From a candidate division FCPU426 bacterium (GTDB lineage Bacteria; Oederibacteriota; Muellerivitia; Muellerivitales; Muellerivitaceae), in assembly GCA_963796105.1 (NCBI GenBank), contig CAWCKJ010000004.1, positions 1,184,001 through 1,248,000 of the forward strand: DNA of 64,000 nucleotides, written 5' to 3'. Below are positions 39,654 through 49,803 of this stretch, piece after piece (within the stretch, counting starts at the first letter, position 1; every line of letters starts with the position of its first letter). Made by a program: the position numbers and the translations under genes. The notes beneath the pieces were generated by a model that searched no databases, was not told the origin of the DNA, and saw only the letters and a program-made list of their open reading frames with translations.

Positions 39654-42600
39654 ATGGTGTTGAAAAATTTCTTAAAAAGAAACAATTTTCAGTCTTTCCA
39701 CGCCGTCCACTTCCGCGGGATGGTTCCCATTCTCTTGTTCGCCCTATTGTCCCTGCCTTCTTCTTTATTATCCCAAACCTATACGTGGAGCAACGTTACG
39801 GTGCCTGCCGGGGGATTTGTGGCAGGCATTGATTACAGCCCCGTTTCCCAGGGTCTTCTTTACGCCCGCACCGACATGGGCGGTTTTTACCGTTGGGATA
39901 ACACTAACAGTGTCTGGATCCCCTTAACCGACATGTACGGGACCAGCCAATACACTTATTTCGGCGGGGAAAGCATCGCCCCCGATCCCAAGAACGGCAA
40001 TGTGGTCTACGCCGCGGCGGGAATGTATGAGACAAACGGCGACGGCGTCATCCTCAGTTCCACCAACCAAGGCAACAGTTGGACCGTCAACACCATCGCC
40101 GTTTCCATGGGAGGGAACAACGACGGGCGCGAGGCCGGGGAACGCCTGGCGGTGGATCCCAACCTGACCTCCACCCTTTATTTTGCCTCCCGTAGCCAGG
40201 GTCTTTGGAAAAGCACCAACACCGCGGCAAGCTGGGCTCAAATTTCCTTCCCTGTAAACGGCGACGCCGGGTACGGCCTGAGTTACGTTATCTTCGACAC
40301 CCACGGCACTTCCGGCACGGCTTCCGCGACCATCTATGTCGGGGTGGATGCCATGAACTCAGGGAACAGCAATCTCTACCGGTCCACGAACGCCGGCTCC
40401 AGTTGGACCCTCATCACCGGCGGCCCCACCAACATGATCACTCCCCACGCCTCCCTCGGAACCGACGGAACTTTGTGGGTCGTTTATGACAGCGGCGGAT
40501 ACGGCCCCAACAACATCACCACCGGGCAGGTTTGGAAGCTGAACACAGCCACCCTGGCCTGGACGAATGTCACCCCGCCGGGCCCAGCCGGCGGAAGCGG
40601 AGGTTACGGCGGGATTTGCGTGGACTCGGAAAGCGTCAGCCATGTGGTGGTTTCCACCCTGGATTGGTGGGGCGGGCCGGACAAAATCTTCAATACCACA
40701 AACGCCGGGAGCGCATGGACCACCATCGGAAACGAGAACGTCGGTTGGAACGCGGCTCCTTTCGCCACGTACAACCTCAACAGCGCTGAATGGACCCTTT
40801 TCTGCGGAACCAACGCTGGAGGAACTGGCTGGCAGGGGGATGTCAAGATCGACCCCTTCAATTCCAACAACGCCATCTACACGACGGGCGGCGGGGTTTG
40901 GAGCAGCACGGATATCCTCAACGCCACGACGTCCGCCATCACCTGGACCTTCACCGACTACGGCCTGGAAGAAACCGCGGTGACGGACATGATCACTTCG
41001 GCGCCCGGCGGGATTTTTTTCAGCGCTTTCGGCGATATCGGCGGTATGCGCCATCCCAACCTGACACAATCCCCCTCGCTTGGAATGTACTGTACCCCCG
41101 AATTCACCAATACGAACGGCATCGATTTCGCCGAATCCGCCCCCAATACGCTGGTGCGGGTTGGAAACTCGGGCGCCATCACGACGGACGGCGCCTACTC
41201 GACGAATAACGGCCAGTCGTGGACCGCCATGGCGACCCTTCCGGAAACGGCGTATAACGAAATGCAATCCGTGGCCATTTCCGCGAACGGTCTAACGATA
41301 TTAGCGGTTCCCTACAGTGGGCATGGGAATCCCAGTTATTCCAGTAATTTCGGCTCCAGTTGGACGGCCAGTTCGGGTCTTCCCGCGGGGGCCCAAATCG
41401 CCTCGGACAGGGTTGATTCGAATATTTTCTACGGCCTTTCCGGCACGACCCTTTATGTCAGCACCAACGGCGGGTCCAGCTTCTCCAGCGCGGGGACCTA
41501 CGCGGGAAGCATCTCTTGGGATAACCGGCCCCGGCCCGTTTTTGGGATCGCCGGAGAAGTTTGGGTGCCAACCAGTACCGGCCTTTATCGTTTCACGAAT
41601 GTGGGCCTTGGCACGGTCACCACCACCCAAATCGCGAATGTTTCCAACGCCATCAATGTGGGTTTCGGCAAAGCCGACACCGGCTACACCCACCCGGCGG
41701 TATACCTGGTTGGGACAGTGAGCGGAACTTACGGTTTCTTCCGTTGCGACGACGGGGTCGGCACCACTTGGACCCGCATCAATGACGCCAACCACCAGTT
41801 CGGCGCCGCTGAGTTCGCCGCGGGGGATGAGACAGTTTACGGGCGGATGTACGTTGGGACGAACGGCCGGGGCATACTTCACGGTGATATCTCCACTTCA
41901 GGCAACACCCCGACATTTACCTTTACCCCGACCCGGACTTTTTCCCCTACAGCAACAGGCACTTCAACCTATACCCGTACCAACACTCCGACCAGCACGC
42001 TCACGAATACTCCCACCAGAACTTTTTCCCCCACGGCGACTTTGACCAGCACCCCCACCAGGACTTTCACCCCGACATCCACCATCACGAACACTCAAAC
42101 CAACACTTCGACGAATACCAGGACGAATACGCCGACTAACACTTCCACCCCAACGCCGACCCTGACTTCCACTAATACCCGGACTAATACCCCGACTTAT
42201 TCAGTAACCAACACTCCCACAAATACCGCGACTAGCACCCCTACCCCGTCGCGGACGAACACCCCCACCAACACTTCTACCAATACGGCAACTTTCACCC
42301 CCACCCCGACCAGGACAAATACACCGACTAATACAGCCACGGCAACCCTGACGAACACCTCCACCAACACTGCCACCTATTCGACGACATCCACGTTCAC
42401 CCCAACCCGAACGAATACCGCCACCAATACCCCTACAGCCACATTGACGAATAGCCCTACCAACACCGCCACGTATACAGCGACACCCACTTCCACTCCG
42501 ACAAGGACAAACACATCCACCAATACGGTGACATTTACTCCCTCAAATACCCAAACAAATACAGCTACACCTTCAGCTACGCAAACTCCAACCCAAACAC

Positions 42601-45038
42601 GAACAAATACTCCGACCAATACAGTGACATCCACACCCACGAATTCCCTGACTAACACAGCTACGAATACGACGACACCTACGTCATCGCCTACGCTCAC
42701 CGCTTCGCCTTCGGCAACGCCAACTCCAACTCAAACCCGCACAAACACTTCTACCAATACGGTCACTCCAACCCAAACACGAACGAATACTCCAGCCAAT
42801 ACAGTGACATCCACGCCTACGAATTCCCCGACTAACACCGCCACAGCTACCCTGACGAACACCGCTACCTATACATCCACTAATACAGCGACATCTACTT
42901 CAACCCCAACTAGGTCTAATACTCCGACCAATACAGCGACAGCCACTCCAACCAGGACAAATACATCGACCAATACTGTGACATCCACATTTACGAGTAC
43001 CTTGACCAACACTAGCACGAATACGGCGACCGCCACTCCCACCCCGACCAGGACCAACACCCTCACCAATACGCCGACTCCGACGAACACGAATACGCTG
43101 ACAGCGACAACTACCGCGACCAGCACCTACACGGGGACCGCATCCCCCACGAATACCTCCACGATTACTCCAACCAGGACATCGACACCTACCTCGACGA
43201 ATACCTCGACTTCCACGGCAACATACACTCCAACCAATACTTCCACGAGCACCGCCACCTTTACCAGGACCAACACCCCCACCAATACGCCGACTCCGAC
43301 GAGCACGAATACGCCGACGGTGACACCTACCGCGACCAATACCAACACAGGGACCACATCCCCCACGAATTCCCCCACTATTACTCCAACCAGGACCTCG
43401 ACTCCCACCTCGACGAATACTTCGACATCCACCCCAACCCCCACAGCGACGAACACCTCTACCATTACGCCGACAAGGACAGCTACTCCAACATCCACAA
43501 ATACCTTGACTTCCACGGCAACATACACTCCAACCAATACTTCCACGAGCACCGCCACCTATACCAGGACCAACACCCCCACCAATACGCCGACTCCGAC
43601 GAACACGAATACGCCGACAACGACACCTACCGCGACCAGCACTAACACGGGGACCCCCTCTCCCACAAACACGCCGACGGTCACATCCACCAACACGTTC
43701 ACCCACACGCCTACGAATACTTCCACCTCTTCCCCGACTCCAACAGTGACGAATACGTCCACTAGCACGCCTACGGCCACGCCGACTAGTACATCCACAG
43801 CCACTCAAACCCCCACCCACAGCGCGACAGCCTCCCAAACTCCAACACCTTCTTCGACATCAACTGAAACACCCACGAGTACCGCTACCTATACCAGGAC
43901 CAATACCCCCACCTATACCTCGACTTCGACGAACACGAATGCGCCGACGGTGACACCCACCGCGACCAATACCAACACAGGGACCACATCCCCCACGAAT
44001 TCCCCCACTATTACTCTAACCAGGACCTCCACTCCCACCCCGACGAATACTTCAACATCTACTTCGACCCCAACAGAGACGAATACATCCACAAATACAC
44101 CAACATCAACGCAGACACCCACGTTCACAACCACCAACACGCTCACTCAAACCCCTACCAACAGCCCGACAACCACCCGGACTCCTACGGCTACCTTAAC
44201 CTCAACTGGAACACCCACTGGCACGCCCACCTCAACCAATACTTCGACCTTCACCCCAACCGCGACAATGACTAACTCTTCCACTTACACACTCACGGTG
44301 ACTCTGACTAGCACGCCAACCTTAACATCCACAAATACCCCATCGAATACGGCGACATCCACATCAACCAATACTTCAACGAATACCCCCACTTCCACCC
44401 TGACGAATACGTTAACTAGCACACAGACGATTACCCCGACGGAGACATCTACGTTCACCAATACTTATACAGGGACTCAGTCGCCCACGAATACGCCCAC
44501 TCTTACGCCCACGCCGACTAACACACCTACTAAAACACCCACATCCTCCAATACCCCGACCCCCACGCCTACCAACACGCCTACGCCGACTCTTTCTGCG
44601 ACACTCACCGCCACCACGACGGTCACGAACACGATGACCGTTTCGGCTTCGCCAACACCGACTTTGACACCTACACCGTCCCCCACTACCACCCCCACGA
44701 GTACTTCGACGAACACTCCTATAGCTACCTTGACGGAAACCGCGACACCGGTTGGGAGAAATGGCGTGGTGGTTTATCCCAACCCGGTGAAAGGCCCGGG
44801 CCCTGTGACGATTCAGATCACCTTGACGCAAGAGGAACCGGTCGTTCGGGTTGAGATATTCACGACAGCTTTCAGGAAGGTGAATGAGATTGATCGCTAC
44901 CAGGTACCGGCGGGAGTGATCCTTGTGCCCATCCCCCTGTCGGACAAGGCGGGGATGCCCTTGGCTAACGGGCTTTATTACGTGGTGGTTCAAACGCCCC
45001 AGAAACGCATGATTACCAAACTAATAGTTCTGAGATGA
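39654..45038 (+). CDS. GH74 xyloglucanase-like enzyme with about 950 aa Thr-rich linker and C-terminal sorting-like domain
   Basis: YARTDMGG and GDIGG catalytic Asp motifs; [12 protein letters not shown] repeats and YVGTNGRG; C-terminal VYPNP...FTTAFRKV...LANGLYYV...KLIVLR. Confidence 0.9.
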   Translation: MVLKNFLKRNNFQSFHAVHFRGMVPILLFALLSLPSSLLSQTYTWSNVTVPAGGFVAGIDYSPVSQGLLYARTDMGGFYRWDNTNSVWIPLTDMYGTSQYTYFGGESIAPDPKNGNVVYAAAGMYETNGDGVILSSTNQGNSWTVNTIAVSMGGNNDGREAGERLAVDPNLTSTLYFASRSQGLWKSTNTAASWAQISFPVNGDAGYGLSYVIFDTHGTSGTASATIYVGVDAMNSGNSNLYRSTNAGSSWTLITGGPTNMITPHASLGTDGTLWVVYDSGGYGPNNITTGQVWKLNTATLAWTNVTPPGPAGGSGGYGGICVDSESVSHVVVSTLDWWGGPDKIFNTTNAGSAWTTIGNENVGWNAAPFATYNLNSAEWTLFCGTNAGGTGWQGDVKIDPFNSNNAIYTTGGGVWSSTDILNATTSAITWTFTDYGLEETAVTDMITSAPGGIFFSAFGDIGGMRHPNLTQSPSLGMYCTPEFTNTNGIDFAESAPNTLVRVGNSGAITTDGAYSTNNGQSWTAMATLPETAYNEMQSVAISANGLTILAVPYSGHGNPSYSSNFGSSWTASSGLPAGAQIASDRVDSNIFYGLSGTTLYVSTNGGSSFSSAGTYAGSISWDNRPRPVFGIAGEVWVPTSTGLYRFTNVGLGTVTTTQIANVSNAINVGFGKADTGYTHPAVYLVGTVSGTYGFFRCDDGVGTTWTRINDANHQFGAAEFAAGDETVYGRMYVGTNGRGILHGDISTSGNTPTFTFTPTRTFSPTATGTSTYTRTNTPTSTLTNTPTRTFSPTATLTSTPTRTFTPTSTITNTQTNTSTNTRTNTPTNTSTPTPTLTSTNTRTNTPTYSVTNTPTNTATSTPTPSRTNTPTNTSTNTATFTPTPTRTNTPTNTATATLTNTSTNTATYSTTSTFTPTRTNTATNTPTATLTNSPTNTATYTATPTSTPTRTNTSTNTVTFTPSNTQTNTATPSATQTPTQTRTNTPTNTVTSTPTNSLTNTATNTTTPTSSPTLTASPSATPTPTQTRTNTSTNTVTPTQTRTNTPANTVTSTPTNSPTNTATATLTNTATYTSTNTATSTSTPTRSNTPTNTATATPTRTNTSTNTVTSTFTSTLTNTSTNTATATPTPTRTNTLTNTPTPTNTNTLTATTTATSTYTGTASPTNTSTITPTRTSTPTSTNTSTSTATYTPTNTSTSTATFTRTNTPTNTPTPTSTNTPTVTPTATNTNTGTTSPTNSPTITPTRTSTPTSTNTSTSTPTPTATNTSTITPTRTATPTSTNTLTSTATYTPTNTSTSTATYTRTNTPTNTPTPTNTNTPTTTPTATSTNTGTPSPTNTPTVTSTNTFTHTPTNTSTSSPTPTVTNTSTSTPTATPTSTSTATQTPTHSATASQTPTPSSTSTETPTSTATYTRTNTPTYTSTSTNTNAPTVTPTATNTNTGTTSPTNSPTITLTRTSTPTPTNTSTSTSTPTETNTSTNTPTSTQTPTFTTTNTLTQTPTNSPTTTRTPTATLTSTGTPTGTPTSTNTSTFTPTATMTNSSTYTLTVTLTSTPTLTSTNTPSNTATSTSTNTSTNTPTSTLTNTLTSTQTITPTETSTFTNTYTGTQSPTNTPTLTPTPTNTPTKTPTSSNTPTPTPTNTPTPTLSATLTATTTVTNTMTVSASPTPTLTPTPSPTTTPTSTSTNTPIATLTETATPVGRNGVVVYPNPVKGPGPVTIQITLTQEEPVVRVEIFTTAFRKVNEIDRYQVPAGVILVPIPLSDKAGMPLANGLYYVVVQTPQKRMITKLIVLR

Positions 45039-45092
45039 AGGCTTTCAGCAACTTCACCATCAAATCAACCAAATAATCGAAAGTTTTCAAGC

Positions 45093-45167
45093 CCCTGGTC
45101 GGAACCGGTCTGGCTGAATGATTTCGAGATCGACGGCTCCATGTTCCTTGACGACGACGGCAAGGCG
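45093..45167 (+). pseudogene. Short GH43-like gene fragment
   Basis: Translates to PWSEPVWLNDFEIDGSMFLDDDGKA with no surrounding ORF. Confidence 0.5.
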
Positions 45168-45566
45168 GAATTGATCGTGGCTGGGCGGGGGATTAGGATA
45201 AGGGAAAGAAATGGGGAGTGTGGAACTAGGCGCTTATTTCCATTACCCTGTCCCCATTAAGCTAACCCAAACTGGCTTCAATGGAATGACCCCAACATGG
45301 AAAGAATCGTATCTTCATGGGCCTTACCCGCAATGCGCATGACTTTACATTTCCTGGTTTGAAACTCCTAAATCCCTGGTTTTGAAAGAAAGTCCTGCCC
45401 GCAGGGGTCGGAACCCTTACCCGAGGGAACATTGGTATAAAGGAGAGGGCTCTGGAGTAAGAAAAACCTAATATTTCAAGCGAATTTGGGCTCATCAATA
45501 AAAACGCTACCAACAATATAATGGGAATAAAGCGGCCACTCAAAAGGCTAATCTTAAGGAGGGTAT

Positions 45567-46130
45567 TTGGACGACCGGGAGTTGGTTCGGAAAATCCTCC
45601 AGGGGGATGAACAGGCCAAAACCCAGTTCTATCTCCAGCACAAGGAACGCCTTTACAAGGATAGCGTTTATCTGCTTGGTTACCGGGATCCGGAAGCGGA
45701 AGATTTGGTCCAGGAAACTTTCATGATCGCTTTCAAAAAGCTGCCGGAATTCGAGTTTCGGTCGGCTTTGGGAACCTGGCTCATGCAGATTTGCATTTTC
45801 CTTTGCTACAACCGGTACCGCAACAGGGAAAAGACGGTCGCGCGGGAAGAGGAGGAACTGGAAAATCTTTTACGCCCCAAGTCCCTTGAGGAGGCGGAGC
45901 GAAATTCCCGGGAAGATGACAAAACAATGAAACTCTGGTTGATCGACCAGGCTTTGGGGAAAATCGGGCCGGAATGCCGGGAGGTCGTGATCTTGAGGGA
46001 TAAGGAAGGAAAAACCTACATCGAGATCGGCAAGTTATTGAGGATTCCCCTGGGCACGGTGATGTCCCGGTTATCACGTTGTAAAAAGGCCCTTAAGGTT
46101 TTAATCGAACACATGATTCGGGAAGGTTGA
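45567..46130 (+). CDS. ECF RNA polymerase sigma factor
   Basis: AAGGAGG RBS with TTG start; EAEDLVQETF, TWL and YIEIGKLLRIPLGTVMSRLSR. Confidence 0.92.
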   Translation: MDDRELVRKILQGDEQAKTQFYLQHKERLYKDSVYLLGYRDPEAEDLVQETFMIAFKKLPEFEFRSALGTWLMQICIFLCYNRYRNREKTVAREEEELENLLRPKSLEEAERNSREDDKTMKLWLIDQALGKIGPECREVVILRDKEGKTYIEIGKLLRIPLGTVMSRLSRCKKALKVLIEHMIREG

Positions 46131-46131
46131 A

Positions 46132-46788
46132 ATGGCGGATTTAATCAAGAAATTTTTCGAGCGCGAGTTAAGCGGGTCCGAGGCGGACTCGTTGGGAAAC
46201 CTATTGAAGGAATCTCCCGACGATGCCTTGCGTTTCGAGAAGTTTTTAGAGGAACATTACCTGGCGACGGGGCTGCCATCCCCACAAGCGCCCCCCTCGC
46301 TTCAAAACCTTCCCGGGGTTCCGGGCGGCCTTGGCATTTCTGGTTTGAAACTTTTCGCGCTGTTGATCGCCGCGGGGATAGGCGTCCTAGCCTGGAAATT
46401 CTGGCCCGCTCCCGAGGCAGCCTCCCCCAAGGCCGCTTTGGCGCCGGTGGTACCGGTTTCGGAACTTCCGGCGAGGAAAATAACGCAATTCCTTCCCGAC
46501 GAGGCCAAGCCGTCTCCTGTCCCCGCCCAAAAAGCCGGCCCGATGGCGGAAGGGAATGAGCTTAGCGTGGTGGTGGAAGCGAAGGAAAAAGCCCTCGTGA
46601 CGGTGCGCGTCCTTGACGGACAGGGCGGGGAAATCCGCGATCTTTTTACCGGCTTCGTCCAGCCGGGCCGTTGGGCTTTCAAATGGGACGGAATCCTGAA
46701 CGGCGGCCAGCCCGCCCCCTCGGGGGATTACCAAATCGACGTTCAAACCGGCTCACTGCACCAGCACAAGAGCGTCCGAGTCAAATAA
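46132..46788 (+). CDS. Putative anti-sigma factor with extracytoplasmic FlgD-type Ig domain
   Basis: Short helical N-terminus; single TM; VRVLDGQGGEIRDL...WDG....GQPAPSGDY; starts 1 bp after the sigma gene. Confidence 0.7.
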   Translation: MADLIKKFFERELSGSEADSLGNLLKESPDDALRFEKFLEEHYLATGLPSPQAPPSLQNLPGVPGGLGISGLKLFALLIAAGIGVLAWKFWPAPEAASPKAALAPVVPVSELPARKITQFLPDEAKPSPVPAQKAGPMAEGNELSVVVEAKEKALVTVRVLDGQGGEIRDLFTGFVQPGRWAFKWDGILNGGQPAPSGDYQIDVQTGSLHQHKSVRVK

Positions 46789-46856
46789 TGATTGGCCCAT
46801 CGGGCATAAGTCCGTTCGCGCGTGACAGGTTTTAAGCGACGAAGTAATATAAATAG

Positions 46857-48299
46857 ATGACGATGATTGATTACTTTAAAAATCGTTTCCTGATATTCGC
46901 GTTCTTCCTTCTCCTCGCCAGCTGGGCCTTTCCCGCCTTCGCCCAATACAACGGGGACGGGCTCCAGGCCGTTTACTACAACAACCCCAACCTCACCGGC
47001 GCCGCCGTCTCCGAGGTGGACCCCAATATCAGCTACCGTTGGGGAACCTGCCCACCCCAACCGGGAATGCCGGTCTCCGGCTTCTCGGTGAAATGGACCG
47101 GCCAAATCGAGCCCTCTTACAGCGAGCCCTATACTTTCACGACCGACGTGACGGGCGGGGTGAGTGTCATTGTCAACGGCACTGCGGTGATCAGCGGCTG
47201 GACGGATGGAATCTTCCGGGGAATCACGGGAAACATCCCCTTGACGGCGGGGGTGAAGGTTCCCTTGGAGGTTGATTATTTTTTTGGGGGGGCGGTCACG
47301 AATTCCTCGTTCATCCAATTTGCATGGCAAAGCCCCTCCCAGGCTAATGTCATGGTACCCCGGGCTTTTCTGTTTTCAGGCAATCCGCTTCAGCCCACCC
47401 CCACCCCCCAATCCGCCTCGGCCTGCCAATCCAGCCCCACCGTGGACGGGGTCTTGAGCGAATGGGCCTGGAGCCCTCCACCGCCCTGGAACATGGTGAA
47501 TAAGACCGTCCTGGGCGATGCCTTCGGCGCGAGCGCCCAGTTCAAGGCCCTGTGGGATATGACCAACCTCTATCTTGGCGTGACCGTCACCGACAGCCAG
47601 CCCACCAACAACGGGGACCCGGATCTTTTTGAAAACTCGACAGTGGAGCTTTACCTGGACACCACCGACTCCAGGAGCGTCACGGTCACCAGCAACAATT
47701 TCCAATATTTCTTCAGGTGGAACGACTCGGCGGCCGTCGAGTCCCGCGGGAGGACCGCCGGAGTGAGCCTGCGCACGACGACGATACCGGCAGGCTATGT
47801 GGTGGAGGCTTCCATCCCCTGGTCCACCCTGGGACTAGGGTATCCCAATCCCGGACTGGTACTGGGCTTCGACGTAGGCGTGGACGTGAACCACAACGGG
47901 GGGAACTGCCGGGATGGGCAGTTGATGTGGAACGGAGGAAGCGACAATTACGAGAACGCGAGCGGTTACGGCAACTTGACCCTGGGAACGGCCTGCCCCA
48001 CACCCGCCTCCACCCCGCCCGCGCCCATGAACCCCTATGTGGCTCCCAACCCCTCGAACGGAACCTCGGTGAAGTTCGTCTACGAGATGGCCGAGGCGGG
48101 TACGGCCGACATCAAGGTTTGGAACGCCTGGGGTAACTTGTGCGCGGCGATCCACGATGCCCAACCCCAGGGGCTCGCTTCCAGCGTCCTGGATGTCAGT
48201 TCCTTCGCGCCCGGCCATTATTTCTACCGGGTGGTTTTGAATTACCCATCGGGCCGGCAGGATAAATACCAAACACAAGTTATGGCGATTAAGAAATGA
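46857..48299 (+). CDS. Secreted PA14 + CBM9-like sugar-binding protein with C-terminal sorting-like domain
   Basis: GLQAVYYNN...FSVKWTGQI (PA14); VDGVLSEW, WDMTNLYLGVTVTD and YVVEASIPW (CBM9-like); APNPS...PGHYFYRV. Confidence 0.8.
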   Translation: MTMIDYFKNRFLIFAFFLLLASWAFPAFAQYNGDGLQAVYYNNPNLTGAAVSEVDPNISYRWGTCPPQPGMPVSGFSVKWTGQIEPSYSEPYTFTTDVTGGVSVIVNGTAVISGWTDGIFRGITGNIPLTAGVKVPLEVDYFFGGAVTNSSFIQFAWQSPSQANVMVPRAFLFSGNPLQPTPTPQSASACQSSPTVDGVLSEWAWSPPPPWNMVNKTVLGDAFGASAQFKALWDMTNLYLGVTVTDSQPTNNGDPDLFENSTVELYLDTTDSRSVTVTSNNFQYFFRWNDSAAVESRGRTAGVSLRTTTIPAGYVVEASIPWSTLGLGYPNPGLVLGFDVGVDVNHNGGNCRDGQLMWNGGSDNYENASGYGNLTLGTACPTPASTPPAPMNPYVAPNPSNGTSVKFVYEMAEAGTADIKVWNAWGNLCAAIHDAQPQGLASSVLDVSSFAPGHYFYRVVLNYPSGRQDKYQTQVMAIKK

Positions 48300-49603
48300 A
48301 GACATTCCCTAGGCGCGGTTGGCGCCTATGTCTCCTCGCCTTTCTGGGAGCCATTGTTGTTATCGGGGTCAACCCCGGATATTCCCAGGCGTCCGCCTCC
48401 AACGCCGGGCTGGTTACCCCCTTGACCGCTTTGGGCGCCTCGGCCCGGACGGATGCATTGGGGTCGGCCTTTACGGGCGTCGCGGACGATCCTTCCGCGT
48501 TGTTTTTTAACAGTGCGGGACTCGCGGGCCTGGACCACGCCCAGCTCAGCCTCAACCACAACAGCTACCTGGGAGGAGCCTTCGAGGAAACCCTCCTCCT
48601 CGGGCTTCCCGCCGGCAATGGGGGCGGCTTCGCGGGGGCGGTCCAGTATGTTTTCTGGGGCAGCCTGGACGCGCGCGACACCTCGGGCGTCCAGGAGGGG
48701 ACATTCAGCGACAATGACGTGGCATTGAGTTTTGGATGGGCCAGGGAATGGGCCAAGGGTTTTTCCCTGGGCGTGGCCCTTCATGGCACCCAGCAAAAGG
48801 TGATGGATTCGATTTATAGCAGCTTCTCGGGAGACCTGGGGGCTCTGTGGGTCCCCGCCCCGGATTGGCGCCTGGGTTTGGCTTACTCGGGTTTGGGAAC
48901 GCCGGTCGCGGGCCAAAGCCTGGCTACCGATCTCAAGGGCGGATTTTCCTACCGGTTTAAATTGAGCAGGGTTGACAGCCTGTTAACGGCCTTTTCGGGA
49001 TTCTATGAACCCAACGGTGTCAGCCGGCTCCAGGGCGGGGTGGAAGCGGCGTTCCAAAAGAACTACTTCCTGCGCGTGGGTTACCAATTGCCGTTATCCG
49101 ACAACCAAATCATGGGTTTCGACAATTTCACCGCGGGTGCGGGCATCCGCTTGGGCGCCCTGATCCTCGACTATGCCTTTGTTCCCTATGGGGACCTGGG
49201 AACCTCCCACCGGATCAGCCTCTCTTATGATTTCCCCAACCCCACCCCGGTGCCGGCCAAGAGCGTCACGGTGGTGCTGACACCCATCCCCACTCCCATG
49301 CCGACGGCCGCCCCCTCTCTTTCCAAATCATCCGTGGAGGTGCGTTTTGAACTTCCCCTGGGAACTACGGTGGAGGTTACGAGCCCCGAAATCAGGACCC
49401 AGGTGGAACAATACGAAAAGGCCGCCGAAGCCAATCCTCACGACGCCACGGCCTGGCGGAATTTGGGGGTGGTTTATTGGAAGACAGGGCGGCAGGACCT
49501 GGCCCAGCAAAGTTTTGAGCAGGCGCTTCGGTTAAACCCCTCAGACACCAAGCTGAAGGCCTGGCTCGACCAGCACCAGGCAAACCAACCCGCGATTAGG
49601 TAA
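48296..49603 (+). CDS. PorV/FadL-like outer-membrane beta-barrel with C-terminal TPR
   Basis: SARTDALGSAFTGVADDPSALFFNSAGL; DYAFVPYGDLGTSHRISL; TPR AWRNLGVVY...FEQALRLNP. Confidence 0.78.
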   Translation: MKTFPRRGWRLCLLAFLGAIVVIGVNPGYSQASASNAGLVTPLTALGASARTDALGSAFTGVADDPSALFFNSAGLAGLDHAQLSLNHNSYLGGAFEETLLLGLPAGNGGGFAGAVQYVFWGSLDARDTSGVQEGTFSDNDVALSFGWAREWAKGFSLGVALHGTQQKVMDSIYSSFSGDLGALWVPAPDWRLGLAYSGLGTPVAGQSLATDLKGGFSYRFKLSRVDSLLTAFSGFYEPNGVSRLQGGVEAAFQKNYFLRVGYQLPLSDNQIMGFDNFTAGAGIRLGALILDYAFVPYGDLGTSHRISLSYDFPNPTPVPAKSVTVVLTPIPTPMPTAAPSLSKSSVEVRFELPLGTTVEVTSPEIRTQVEQYEKAAEANPHDATAWRNLGVVYWKTGRQDLAQQSFEQALRLNPSDTKLKAWLDQHQANQPAIR

Positions 49604-49803
49604 AAGGTTTTAACTCTCCGATAAAAACCAACGGTCTTTTCATTGGTTTTTCGTTTCACCGAGATTTTTATTTTATTTTAGGGAATAAACTCCCATCCCC
49701 CCAACACAAATCCTTTGGACGGGTATGTGTTCACGCCTGAAAGCGGGAACGACTGTCCGGGGTCGTTTAAGGCCCCAACATAAGACAATTTGAGGGGGAC
49801 ACC

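Noticed and set aside
42377..44993. Val/Gly-rich minus-strand ORFs (also at 60179-62801, 51456-52521 and 54449-55471)
   Set aside because: Antisense shadows of Thr/Pro linker codons
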